Source: an uncultured cyanobacterium (lineage in GTDB: Bacteria > Cyanobacteriota > Cyanobacteriia > Cyanobacteriales > Cyanobacteriaceae). From it: a stretch of DNA of 64,000 nt. Below, in pieces: positions 1 through 9,370 of this stretch. The stretch covers positions 1,184,001 to 1,248,000 of the forward strand of contig CAVQBA010000004.1 of the NCBI GenBank assembly GCA_963710605.1, written 5' to 3'. Positions within the stretch are counted from its first letter, which is position 1. Every line of letters begins with the position of its first letter. Made by a program: the position numbers and the translations under genes. The notes under the pieces are model-generated. The model made no database searches, was not told where the DNA came from, and was given only the letters and a program-made list of their open reading frames with translations.

Positions 1-1
1 T

Positions 2-97
2 CATCATCCTCGCTTTGATTTTGATGAAACAGCTTTGAGTATGGGGGTAGAAATTTTTGCTCGTTGTATAGAAAAGTTTGCTGATTTTAAAGTTTAA
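2..97 (+). CDS. 3' end of M20 family amidohydrolase (partial, starts before window)
   Basis: Manual translation HHPRFDFDETALSMGVEIFARCIEKFADFKV*; HHPxFDFDExAL is the typical C-terminal motif of M20D amidohydrolases. Confidence 0.8.
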   Translation, partial: HHPRFDFDETALSMGVEIFARCIEKFADFKV

Positions 98-185
98 TTT
101 TAAATAATTTTTTCTCCTTTATTGGGAGGGGAAATAGAGAGATTAATTCATTTATTAAAAACAAATAATAACTAGTAATTACTTA

Positions 186-346
186 TATAGTCGTTTAAAT
201 TAAGACTAAGACAGTACTAACAATCATAAAAATGTGAGTATCAACCCCGCCTTGAATTATCATTACAAGGCTAACAGAATCCGTTTAATAAATTAAACTC
301 GAATTTCAATCTCAAAATTGTCTCATTATTATTTGAAATTACGATA
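186..346. mobile_element. MITE-like repeat family A, copy 1 (~160 bp)
   Basis: Imperfect terminal inverted repeats (TATAGTCGTTTAAAT... / ...ATTTGAAATTACGATA); core CCCGCCTTG..CAAGGCTAACAGAATCCGTTTAATAAATTAAACTC shared with 1392-1554 and 35201-35368. Confidence 0.75.
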
Positions 347-379
347 CAAGTATATAAAAAATATTTAAAATTTATAATT

Positions 380-976
380 ATGAATTGGTTAGCTCATTTA
401 TATTTATCTAATCCTCAAGTTGAAGATAGACTAGGTAATATTATCGCCGATTTGGTTAAGGGAAAAAATAGACAAACTTTGAATCCTTGTTTTAATCAGG
501 GTATTAAATGTCATTTAGAAATTGATAATTTCACCGATAATCATCTTATTGTTAAACACAGTAAAAAACTAATTATTTCTCAGCACAGAAGATATTCAGG
601 TTTATTAGTAGATGTCTTTTACGATTATTTACTCGCTCGAAACTGGAATAATTACTCTGATGTTTCTTTGTCAGAATTTACCACAGAAATTTATCGATCG
701 TTTCTCGACAATTGGGATAAAATTCCCCCAGAAGTAGCGAATCTGGTTTTCAAAAGAATGATTGATGAAGATTGGCTTAATTCTTATTATCATCTATCGG
801 GAATAGAAAAGACTTTAACTAGAATTAAAGGAAGATTATCAGCAAAACACCACGATTATTTTGATGTCGGTAAAGCAATTCAACAATTAGAAGATGATTA
901 TGATGAATTCGATCGAGATTTTAATCTCTTTTTTCCTGAGATAATTGAGTATATAAAACTAAAGCAAATGAAATAA
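380..976 (+). CDS. acpH: ACP phosphodiesterase (AcpH/DUF479 family)
   Basis: MNWLAHLYLS...GNIIADLVKG, H..ID.FTD.H, DVFYDY.LA..W motifs. Confidence 0.85.
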   Translation: MNWLAHLYLSNPQVEDRLGNIIADLVKGKNRQTLNPCFNQGIKCHLEIDNFTDNHLIVKHSKKLIISQHRRYSGLLVDVFYDYLLARNWNNYSDVSLSEFTTEIYRSFLDNWDKIPPEVANLVFKRMIDEDWLNSYYHLSGIEKTLTRIKGRLSAKHHDYFDVGKAIQQLEDDYDEFDRDFNLFFPEIIEYIKLKQMK

Positions 977-1025
977 ATATAACGCCTAAGTTTCATAGAT
1001 AAAAAAGTTTTTTTTAATTTAGTAC

Positions 1026-1400
1026 TTATTCTGGCTTGATGAATATTGCTGGGGATGTAAGTCCAATATTTTCTAACAATGAGCCTTGATTTAACAAAGT
1101 ATTTATAGTCCGAATTTCAGCACTTGTTCGTGCTAGAGCAAAAAAATCATCTCCACTATAAGTTTGACTCTTTGATTTTGCTATCTCGAATGCAGTCGAG
1201 AAAAAAGGCTCATCTTTTAATAATTTTTCTTCTGTATCTAATCCTCGGATAAAATAGGTATCGGAAAACTTAACACCAGATGAAAATAGTAATAACCTTC
1301 CAAAAGCAAGTGGAACAAAAGAGACTATTTTTTCAGCAATACTCTCTTTAAATATAAGAATAACTACTTTTATTTGTATTAAGTTAAATCTTGTAGTTGT
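1026..1400 (-). pseudogene. 5'-truncated remnant of a hypothetical protein gene (not in ORF track)
   Basis: Stop-free minus frame of ~124 codons (..IAEKIVSFVPLAFGRLLLFSSGVKFSDTYF..EPFFSTAF..FALARTSAEIRTINTLLNQGS..KPE*) with no ATG/GTG/TTG near its 5' end, which abuts MITE copy 2. Confidence 0.5.
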
Positions 1401-1554
1401 TTAAATGAAGTTTGGGACAATATAAATAATAGTATAAATATTAATCTAAAACCCGCCTTGCAATCAATTGACAAGGCTAACAGAATCCGTTTAATAAATT
1501 AAACTCTATGCTTAAATCCTTAAATTGTCTCATTCCTTATTTTAATTGACTATA
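1392..1554. mobile_element. MITE-like repeat family A, copy 2
   Basis: TGTAGTTGTTTAAAT ... ATTTTAATTGACTATA ends; same internal core as copy 1, same orientation. Confidence 0.75.
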
Positions 1555-1631
1555 ATTTAATCAAAATAAAATATAGTTTTTTTAGTTTTATATCTAACTT
1601 CAAATGTTACTTACATACCTACTAGTATAAA

Positions 1632-2093
1632 ATGAATTTTTTATTTTTATCAAAACTTTTACCGCTTTTTCTTTATCCTGTAGGCTTAGTTTTCCTGCTA
1701 TTAATATTGTCTTCTATATTGTGGTGGAAATCTTCTCGTTGGCTTCCTTTTCCGCTTATTTTAGCTTTATTAATCTTATTTGTGGCGGGTAATAGTTGGT
1801 TTAGTAATTGGTTAGTTAAATCTCTGGAATGGCAATATATCACTACTCCTAAACAAATCGATAATGCAGAAGCGATCGTTATTTTAGGTGGTAGCATCAA
1901 ACCAAATATTTATCCCCGATCGATGGTGGAAGTATCAGAACAAGGCGATCGTGTCATCTATGCGGCTAAACTTTATAAAATGAAAAAAGCCCCTCTCATT
2001 ATTCCGAGTGGCGGTAGAATTAGATGGCAGGGCGATACTAATGGGCTTTCGGAAGCGGATGATATGGAAGAATTTGAAATAGGGAATAGGTAA
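1632..2093 (+). pseudogene. YdcF/DUF218 family membrane protein, C-terminally truncated at heptamer array
   Basis: FLSKLLPLFLYP, AIVILGG, GDRVIYAAKLY, IIPSGG, SEADDM motifs; the usual downstream GVP..E..S.NT.EN and LVTSA.HM.R part is missing; ends IGNR* in the repeat. Confidence 0.75.
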
Positions 2094-2122
2094 TAGGTAA
2101 TAGGTAATAGGTAATAGGGAAT
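2078..2122 (+). repeat. Heptamer tandem array (AATAGGK)x6, left arm of inverted pair
   Basis: AATAGGG AATAGGT AATAGGT AATAGGT AATAGGT AATAGGG AAT read directly. Confidence 0.95.
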
Positions 2123-2136
2123 CAAAAATAGCTTTT

Positions 2137-2505
2137 TTAAGAGTTAGATTTTAGTTTCTTGATAATTGTAGTTAAAATTTTTATTATTATTACAATTTCT
2201 TCTTTCATCAAGGAAAATTTCTGAGCTGAAACTAATTCAGATATAATCATAATATTTATCCTATATTGAGTTTCTGAAGCCTCTTTAAGAGCAATCGAAT
2301 ATTTGGAAATTAAATCATTTCTTGATTGAGCATATATAGCTTCAGCACAATTAGCACCAATACTCGTACCACTTCTTAAAAACTGCTTTGCTAAAATTTT
2401 TCCAGCATCATCAAAGTTTCTACGGTTTAATTCACTGTAAGCTTTTATTACCCTAACAGCAAAATGTTCAGTTCTAGATTGAATATTAATATTACCATCA
2501 GACAT
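2137..2505 (-). CDS. Four helix bundle protein (23S rRNA-IVP / TIGR02436-type, Avd-like fold)
   Basis: 122 aa; R...FAVRVIK, KQFLRSGTSIGAN.AEA..AQS..D...K..IALKEA.ET.Y signature. Confidence 0.9.
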   Translation of the reverse strand: MSDGNINIQSRTEHFAVRVIKAYSELNRRNFDDAGKILAKQFLRSGTSIGANCAEAIYAQSRNDLISKYSIALKEASETQYRINIMIISELVSAQKFSLMKEEIVIIIKILTTIIKKLKSNS

Positions 2506-2532
2506 TACCTATTACCTATTACCTATTACCTA
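2504..2532 (-). repeat. Heptamer tandem array (ATTACCT)x4, right arm; reverse complement of 2078-2122
   Basis: ATTACCT x4 at 2504-2531; overlaps the start codon of the four-helix-bundle gene and the stop of the DUF2079 gene. Confidence 0.95.
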
Positions 2533-4130
2533 ATAAAACAACGCCATCTTGCCGATCGATTTCTTGGTATTGTTTTTTTTGTTTCACTTCAGTTATGAGA
2601 GTATTAATTTCATTTAACCATTGTCTTTCTTTACTAAAAACGATCGCATATCGTTCTAACTCCCACAAGTCAGCAATGATATAATCTACCTCTTGAATTG
2701 TTTGCTCGTCATCCTGATATTGAATCAGTGGTAAACGTAAAACCGATCGACGACTGGATAAATGCGGAATAATATTATTAGTCGCACTCACACTCGCAGT
2801 ATCAGGTATTTGGTCAAGTAAATCGTAAATATGTGCCGAATGTTGCCATTGTCGGGGTAAGGAAACATATACCCAAGGTTGAAAAGAATCGGGCATGACG
2901 AAATAGAAAGCACGGCTTAATTCTGTAGTGCTATAAATAAAAGTCATTAATAGAGAAATGGCCAGACAACCCAACCAAAATCGTTGAAATTTGACGGTTA
3001 ACTTTCTTGGTTTAAGCTCATCGACATTTTTAAGGAAATTACGCCAATTTTGACCCCCCCACCATAATATAGCACCATAACACATACCCGGTACTACTGC
3101 CATAGCGTAACGAATGTTTAAAGCTAATACCGATTTACCCTGCCCGATAAACAACTTCAGTAAAGGAAAACCCGCAATTATCCATGAAGTAGGTGACAAT
3201 GCTGGTATAAAAGCAAAAGGAAGCCAATGCCCGATTAAGTAGCCAATAGTTTTATCTAAGGGCGTAAAAATTTCTTTAATTAACAACCAAGGGTTAGTTA
3301 GCATCCCCCACATAATATCTAAAGTTGAGGCTTCTTCTCCTTGTGCGTATTGCCCAAATCTTTCTAACATAAATCGTTTGGAAATATCATCAGAAAATAA
3401 GGGCATGACGAGATTAGTTAAAGCGACTAAATAAAGAAAACTAAAACAACATAAACCAATTCCTAAACGAGGATAACGACGACTTGCCAGTAAATAAAAA
3501 CCGATACCGAATAAGGAGATAGCACTGTCTTCTCTAATATTGAGAATGATAATAGAAAATATACCGAATAACCACCAACATTTTTTTTCTAAAGCTAATA
3601 ATAAGCTAAAGATATAAAGCGGTAGTTGTGACATATCATGGAAGTTACATAAAACTGGCACCTAAAACAGTAATAGCACAATAAAAACTGAGAGTAATCA
3701 TCCCCGCTATTTTACGCTCGACATATTCACGGGCAAGAAAATATAAAACTATTCCTGCTGTAGTGACGATCGTGGTCATGATTACCGTTAAAGTAGTGGC
3801 ATAAGGAAAAAAGTAATAAATCGGCAACCACAATAATAAGGCAGGAGTAAAATGTTGCCCTAAGCGATGATAACTAACATTCGGCACTTCTCCACTATGC
3901 ACTACGTTAGTTGATAATTGGGAAGATAACGAACTTTGAAACCAATTACCTTGTGTATTATTCCAAAAAATCTGGTTAAATATACCTTGGTCGTACGAGC
4001 TAAAAAAACTTAAATGACGGTTTAAACCGAGAAAAAGTACCAAACAAAAAAAGATAAGTGCCAAAACTGAAATAGTACGCCAATCTTCGTCTTTTTGCCA
4101 ATCTTTTATTCTCGATGTAATACTCGTCAT
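2519..4130 (-). CDS. DUF2079 domain membrane protein (GT-C-like), split by a +1 frameshift near 3651-3654; likely start 4130
   Basis: YDQGIFNQIFWN, LGQHFTP, NFHD, REDS motifs across ORFs 3645-4190 and 2519-3661; removing one base of the A4 run gives ..LGASLCNFHD.. Confidence 0.8.
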
Positions 4131-4175
4131 GATTTGATAATTAATAATTATAGTAATATAACAGTAAAATGTCTG

Positions 4176-4204
4176 GTAGGGACGTAGCACTGCTACGTCC
4201 CTAC
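4176..4204. repeat. GTAG-type REP palindrome
   Basis: GTAGGGACGTAGCA-C-TGCTACGTCCCTAC, perfect 14-bp arms. Confidence 0.8.
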
Positions 4205-4393
4205 TACACTAAAATGATTAGTTTTTATTTTAAATTATTATATTAATTTTCTTGTACCTACTGTGTTTACTCTGCCGTTAATTAAATAAACAATAAAAAT
4301 CAAACACCACAGACATATTTGGCGACAACATAGCACTCAGACAAAAAAAGAACAAAAACAAACGATCGTTGTCAATTGTCCATTATTAACGTC

Positions 4394-5314
4394 TTATTTG
4401 ATAATTTTTTCTAGGGCTGGTTTTAAATCAGGATAAATATAGTTATAATTCATCATTTCGATCGTTTTTTTCGGTAACACTTTTTGCCCTTCTAAAACAA
4501 CTAAAGCACCTTCTCCTAAGAGTAATTCTAAAGCAAAATCGGGTACGGGCAACCATGAAGGGCGATTCATCACTTCCCCTAGGGTATTACATAATTGATT
4601 CATCGTCACAGGGTTAGGTGCAGTGGCGTTAAATGTACCAGTAACTTGTTGATTTTGTAGGGCTTGAATAATTATATTAACTAAATCTTCTCGATGAATC
4701 CAAGAAAACCATTGTTTTCCTTTTCCAATAGGACCACCTGCAAAAATTTGAAAAGGTGGTATCATTTTAGCTAATGCCCCTCCATCGCCTAAAACGATAC
4801 CGAAACGTAAAATTACTAATCTTGTGCCGTAACTTTCTACTTTGTGGGCTTCACTTTCCCATTTTTGACAGACATCAGCTAAAAAGTCGTTACCTGCTCG
4901 ATCGTCTTCTGTGTAAGTATCGGTTTCGCTTGTACCATAATAACCGATCGCACTCGTATTAACTAAAACCTGCGGTTTATTTGTGGCTTTACTGATGGCA
5001 TCAACTATCATTCTTGTACCTAATTCTCTACTATCGAGTATTTCTTGCTTATAACTTTTACTCCATTTTTCGGCAATAGGTGCACCTGCAAGATTAACTA
5101 CTGCATCGCAACCATCTATTTTGTTTTGCCATTCTCCTGCTTGTTTGGGGGTGTATTCCACAAATTCTAATGCAGATTGGTTTAATTTAGTAAATTTTGT
5201 TTTTGCTTTAGAAATATTACGAGAGAGGATGACAATTTGATTTTGCTCGGTTACTAATTTTTCGACTAATTTAGTGCCGACAAAACCTGTTGCACCTGTA
5301 ATAGCAATTTTCAT
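4394..5314 (-). CDS. TIGR01777 family NAD-dependent epimerase/oxidoreductase (ThyD-like)
   Basis: MKIAITGATGFVG, VNLAGAPI, SAIGYYG, GKQWFSWIHRED. Confidence 0.9.
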   Translation of the reverse strand: MKIAITGATGFVGTKLVEKLVTEQNQIVILSRNISKAKTKFTKLNQSALEFVEYTPKQAGEWQNKIDGCDAVVNLAGAPIAEKWSKSYKQEILDSRELGTRMIVDAISKATNKPQVLVNTSAIGYYGTSETDTYTEDDRAGNDFLADVCQKWESEAHKVESYGTRLVILRFGIVLGDGGALAKMIPPFQIFAGGPIGKGKQWFSWIHREDLVNIIIQALQNQQVTGTFNATAPNPVTMNQLCNTLGEVMNRPSWLPVPDFALELLLGEGALVVLEGQKVLPKKTIEMMNYNYIYPDLKPALEKIIK

Positions 5315-5402
5315 AAATTTTTATTTTTTTATTGGTTATTAATTATGACTATTAACCAATATATAGTATTTATCATGTCGATCGAGTACAGATAAAAAAC
5401 TC

Positions 5403-5435
5403 AAGTCCCCCTTTGAAAGAGGGATTTAGGGGGAT
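5403..5435. repeat. REP-like hairpin (core of MITE family B)
   Basis: AAGTCCCCCTTTGAAAGAGGGATTTAGGGGGAT. Confidence 0.75.
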
Positions 5436-5441
5436 TTAATT

Positions 5442-6188
5442 CTATTTATGAGCTACTACTTTACTACTATCAAGGGCTTCAACTAAACTACGTACTACAG
5501 CAATCATAGCGATCGGATCGTTTAATTTATTAACGGCTGAACCAACACCAATACCCGAAGCACCTGCGGCGATCGCCATTGGGGCGGTAACATCAGATAA
5601 ACCTGAAGCACACATAACAGGTACTTCAACAGCACGAGAAATTGCGTGAGCGGCGGCTAAGGTAGGGGAAGCTTTCTCGATTAAACCTAAGATACCACTA
5701 CTTTGAGGTTGAGAGCTAGTACCACCTTCAGTTTGTATCATGTCTGCACCTGCTTCTACTAGTTTTTGAGCTAATTCTACTTGCTCGTCAAGAGCTAAAA
5801 TATGAGGTACAGTTACACATAAAGCAACTTCAGGTAACAAAGCACGGGTTTGTTTGGTTAAAGCTAAAACATCTTCGGCACTGAATGTTATACCTTGAGC
5901 ATAAAAACTATCAAAGTTTCCAATTTCAATTAAATCTGCCCCTGCTTCTACTGCCGAGACAAAAAGTTCGGCTTCTACCGCCGAAACACAAATAGGTAAA
6001 TTGATTGATTGACGGATTTCTTTGATTAAATCAACATCGGCGGCTATATCAACAAAGGTAGCACCACCTAACTCGGCGGCTTGACAGACTGCTCTAACAT
6101 TATCACGATCGAAATTATGTAATCCACTAATGATTTTGAGAGCTTTGTTTGTAGCGACGGCTTGAGCTAATTGAGCATTATCGATCAT
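5442..6188 (-). CDS. ycf23: DUF561 / Ycf23 family protein
   Basis: LKIISGLHNFD, GGATFVDIA, IEIGNFDSFY, IQTEGG. Confidence 0.85.
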   Translation of the reverse strand: MIDNAQLAQAVATNKALKIISGLHNFDRDNVRAVCQAAELGGATFVDIAADVDLIKEIRQSINLPICVSAVEAELFVSAVEAGADLIEIGNFDSFYAQGITFSAEDVLALTKQTRALLPEVALCVTVPHILALDEQVELAQKLVEAGADMIQTEGGTSSQPQSSGILGLIEKASPTLAAAHAISRAVEVPVMCASGLSDVTAPMAIAAGASGIGVGSAVNKLNDPIAMIAVVRSLVEALDSSKVVAHK

Positions 6189-6287
6189 AATTAAACAAAA
6201 TATGTAACGTTTAGCAAGTGCAATTATATCAAAATATTGAACAGATAGCAGATAACAATAAACAAATAAATAACTATCAACTATATT

Positions 6288-7130
6288 TTATTCTTCGTTT
6301 CTTTTACCTAAGCCAAAAGAGGGTAAATTGATAAATCGACGATGTCCATTGTTTTTATTATTTTTATTCTCGTCTTGATGTTTTGAAGTGGTTTGTTGTT
6401 CATTCTGACTTCTCGTTGCTTCTTTTATTTGCTCTTGGGAATGAGATTGAGCTTTATTTTTAATATTTTTACCGTCTTTTGATTTAGAAGAATTATTCTC
6501 CGTTATTATAATAGAAGAATCATCATCCGAGTCATCATTCCAGTTGTCATCAAGGTTACTTTGATTCGTATTAACGATTTCTTCTGTTTTATTTCCTGAC
6601 CAAGAAATTATTCCTAAACTATCATTAGAATCACGATTATTTGGGGTTGATGTATCTAAGAATTTATCTAAGGCAGTTTTGTATTGTAAGTTATATCTTT
6701 GTTGTCTTTGTAATCTAACCCGTAAATCTTTATTTTCTACTTCTACTTTCTTGAGTTTGTTTTTTTCTTCGTTACAGTCTTCTTGTAGTAAAGAGCATTC
6801 TCTTTCTAGAAGGGCTATTTGCCCTTGTATTTTAGCTAATTCTTGAGTTAGATGACCAATATTTGTTTGTAAATTATCTATTTGTTCGTTTTTTTGTTCG
6901 ATTTGCTCTTGATATTGGCTAATTTGAGATTCTAATTTTGGTTGTTTAGTTCGTTGCTCTTGATTTTGGCTTAGATACAACTTTAATTGCTGTTGTTGCT
7001 CGTTAATTAAGTTTTTTAGCTGAGCTTGTTCTTCTTTTAATTCGTTGTTTTGGTTTCTAATTTTACAAGCGATCGCATACCAATCAACATCAGCGTTCGA
7101 CTTCTTATTGTTGGAGGGAGAGTTGCTCAT
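6288..7130 (-). CDS. Coiled-coil hypothetical protein
   Basis: 280 aa Q/E/K-rich heptads, RLQRQQRYNLQYKTALDKFL, C-terminal INLPSF. Confidence 0.7.
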   Translation of the reverse strand: MSNSPSNNKKSNADVDWYAIACKIRNQNNELKEEQAQLKNLINEQQQQLKLYLSQNQEQRTKQPKLESQISQYQEQIEQKNEQIDNLQTNIGHLTQELAKIQGQIALLERECSLLQEDCNEEKNKLKKVEVENKDLRVRLQRQQRYNLQYKTALDKFLDTSTPNNRDSNDSLGIISWSGNKTEEIVNTNQSNLDDNWNDDSDDDSSIIITENNSSKSKDGKNIKNKAQSHSQEQIKEATRSQNEQQTTSKHQDENKNNKNNGHRRFINLPSFGLGKRNEE

Positions 7131-7538
7131 GATCTATACAAATATCTTAATACATTAACATTCAATCAAAACAAAAAATTTTCTTTATTATTTAACTAGC
7201 ATAACAAAAAATCTTCTCGGGTAATCAAAAATTAATGATGAGTTATTTTTGTTAAAAAAGTTTAGAGCAAAAATTTATTTACTAACTAATAAATAAGACC
7301 GTTTTTCTTTTTTAAATGTATCGAGATTAAATTGATAATTAATCGATCGTGTTAAGATATATTAATCTTAAATAATGGTAACTAAATAGACAAAACTTAT
7401 AACTACAAAGGTATTCGCTGTGTTAGAAAAGAGTATTTTGAGCTTAATAAATTTGTTGACGTAGCTAAACAAAACTGCTAGTCTTGTCATACAAGATAGA
7501 TAAATTGATCATATATACATATTCAGGTAATACTAACA

Positions 7539-7736
7539 ATGACTTCTGAAATCAAAAATTCTAACCAAGTACAAAAAGAAGATATTAGTGATTATGTTGC
7601 ACATCTACAAGTGCATATGAGTTTACAGTCTCGTAATTTATTACCACAAACAGATTCACTGATCGATTCATCTAGTGATTTACTGTATCAAACTCAAATT
7701 AATCTGGAAAAATTTGCTTCTCGTGAATTAGCTTAA
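7539..7736 (+). CDS. Small conserved cyanobacterial hypothetical protein
   Basis: 65 aa, DYVAHLQVHMSLQSRNL motif; AGGT upstream. Confidence 0.7.
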   Translation: MTSEIKNSNQVQKEDISDYVAHLQVHMSLQSRNLLPQTDSLIDSSSDLLYQTQINLEKFASRELA

Positions 7737-7761
7737 GTTTTTTGATTAAAAAATAATTATT

Positions 7762-7804
7762 ATAGCCATATCGCTCAAATGATTAAAATGATTAATATGG
7801 CTAT
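7762..7804. terminator. Hairpin between convergent genes (possible terminator)
   Basis: ATAGCCATAT...ATATGGCTAT followed by TTT. Confidence 0.45.
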
Positions 7805-7896
7805 TTTGCTGTTCACGAATATATATAATTGACGATGATTACGATCAATTTGTGATAGACAAATTAAAAATAACCAAAAATAAGTTAAATTATTAT

Positions 7897-8685
7897 TTAA
7901 GAAAATAAATCATTCCCGACAATCATTTGTTTTTCAACATGACCGTTATTACTATAACTAGGTTTTCTTAAATCATGAACGTTACGACTCATTTCACGAG
8001 CTTGATGATAACTATCAATATCTCCTTGTTCAAAATAAAGTAAAGCCGCTTTACGTAAGTCATCAACAGCTTTTTGTCGATTGTCTTGTTCTAGATAAAC
8101 AATTCCTCGCTTATGATATGCTTTGGCTAAAGTAGAATCTTCCTTGATTGCCTCTGTATAATCTTTTAACGCACCTTCTTTATTACCTAGGTTTTCGTAA
8201 CCTACTCCTCTTTCGTAAAAGAATAAAGCAGGATTTTCTTCGCTACGAATGTTTTGAGATAAGTTGACAACGTTTTCGACGTTTTCAATCGTATTGACTA
8301 ACTTATTTAATTCTTGATTTTGTAAGTCTAATCTTTGAATTTCTTGAATTAGCTTTTGTTTGTCTTCTTCTCGATGCTCATTAGTTGTCAGTTTTATTCG
8401 CTCAATTAAATTACCTAATTGCGCATGGTTTTTAATTAATTGCTCTTCGGTTTGCGTTTGATTAGTTTCTAGTTTTTGGCTTAAATCATTAATAGTTACT
8501 TGTTGAGCATTATGTGCTTCAATCAAACTATTTACTGATTGCTGACGACTTAACAAATTACAACCTATGCCTAATGTTAAAGGTACACTGGCAAAAGCAA
8601 TATTATTAGTCACAATAGAAGCAATCGCACCAAGACTAGAAATACCTAAACCTACATAACCGAGAATATCCTGTTTTTTTTCCAT
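7897..8685 (-). CDS. Membrane-anchored coiled-coil TPR protein (Slr0151-like)
   Basis: N-terminal hydrophobic hairpin, coiled coil, TPRs (FYERGVGYENLGNKEGALKDYTEAI; AYHKRGIVY..AVDDLRKA); directly downstream of the Pap-like cluster. Confidence 0.75.
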   Translation of the reverse strand: MEKKQDILGYVGLGISSLGAIASIVTNNIAFASVPLTLGIGCNLLSRQQSVNSLIEAHNAQQVTINDLSQKLETNQTQTEEQLIKNHAQLGNLIERIKLTTNEHREEDKQKLIQEIQRLDLQNQELNKLVNTIENVENVVNLSQNIRSEENPALFFYERGVGYENLGNKEGALKDYTEAIKEDSTLAKAYHKRGIVYLEQDNRQKAVDDLRKAALLYFEQGDIDSYHQAREMSRNVHDLRKPSYSNNGHVEKQMIVGNDLFS

Positions 8686-8878
8686 TTTTTTATCTGTTTA
8701 AAATCTAAATTTGTATATATCAGCTATGACTATCTTGTTAAAACAGAAAATTAAGTGATCATTTAACTATTCAGAATTAATATGAGAGAGATTAATTAAT
8801 CAATCTCTCAATTAAAATAAAGGCATTGTCAATCTCGTAATTACTATTTTTTGAGAAAAGTGAATTAAATTAGTTAAA

Positions 8879-9331
8879 TTAACTTAAAACTGCTCTATTT
8901 AATTCAAATACAGGTAAAGCCACTTTTAACTCTTCGGCGGAAAAAAATTGAGGTATTACTTCTAATAAAATATCGTAAGTATCGTTATTATCTTCTTCAA
9001 AATTATAAGCACGAGCAATAGATTGAAACCAGACCAAACTACTAGTGCGTAAACGTTCTAAATCATCAAATAATAAAGCGGCGGCTAAGTAATGAAGTAG
9101 ATTTTTAAAGTCTCGTTTGCAAGTCGGATAATAATCTTCAAATTCAGGATTACGTTTTTGCTTAACTAATTTCACTTGCTCAATCATTTCCTCATTTAAG
9201 GTTTTAATTTTGTTATAAGCACTAATTCGGGCAGATTGAGACTCTAAGTAATCTTCTAAAAATTGTAACTCGTAATCTTGAGCATAACGGCCATCTACTT
9301 CGATCGTTAAATCGGCTAATTCTTTTAACAT
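8879..9331 (-). CDS. Phycobiliprotein-like (globin-fold) protein, Slr0149-like
   Basis: DGRYA..EL..L..Y, C.RD....L.Y.A.A.L.DD motif. Confidence 0.75.
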   Translation of the reverse strand: MLKELADLTIEVDGRYAQDYELQFLEDYLESQSARISAYNKIKTLNEEMIEQVKLVKQKRNPEFEDYYPTCKRDFKNLLHYLAAALLFDDLERLRTSSLVWFQSIARAYNFEEDNNDTYDILLEVIPQFFSAEELKVALPVFELNRAVLS

Positions 9332-9370
9332 GATTGAAAATTCCTAATTTTTTTTAAATAAATGTACTAA

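Noticed and set aside
2137-2505. Diversity-generating retroelement, suggested by the Avd-like fold
   Set aside because: No reverse transcriptase and no TR/VR pair with A-specific mismatches seen in the window
4131-4190. N-terminal extension of the DUF2079 ORF
   Set aside because: Starts inside the REP palindrome; ATG at 4130 is more plausible
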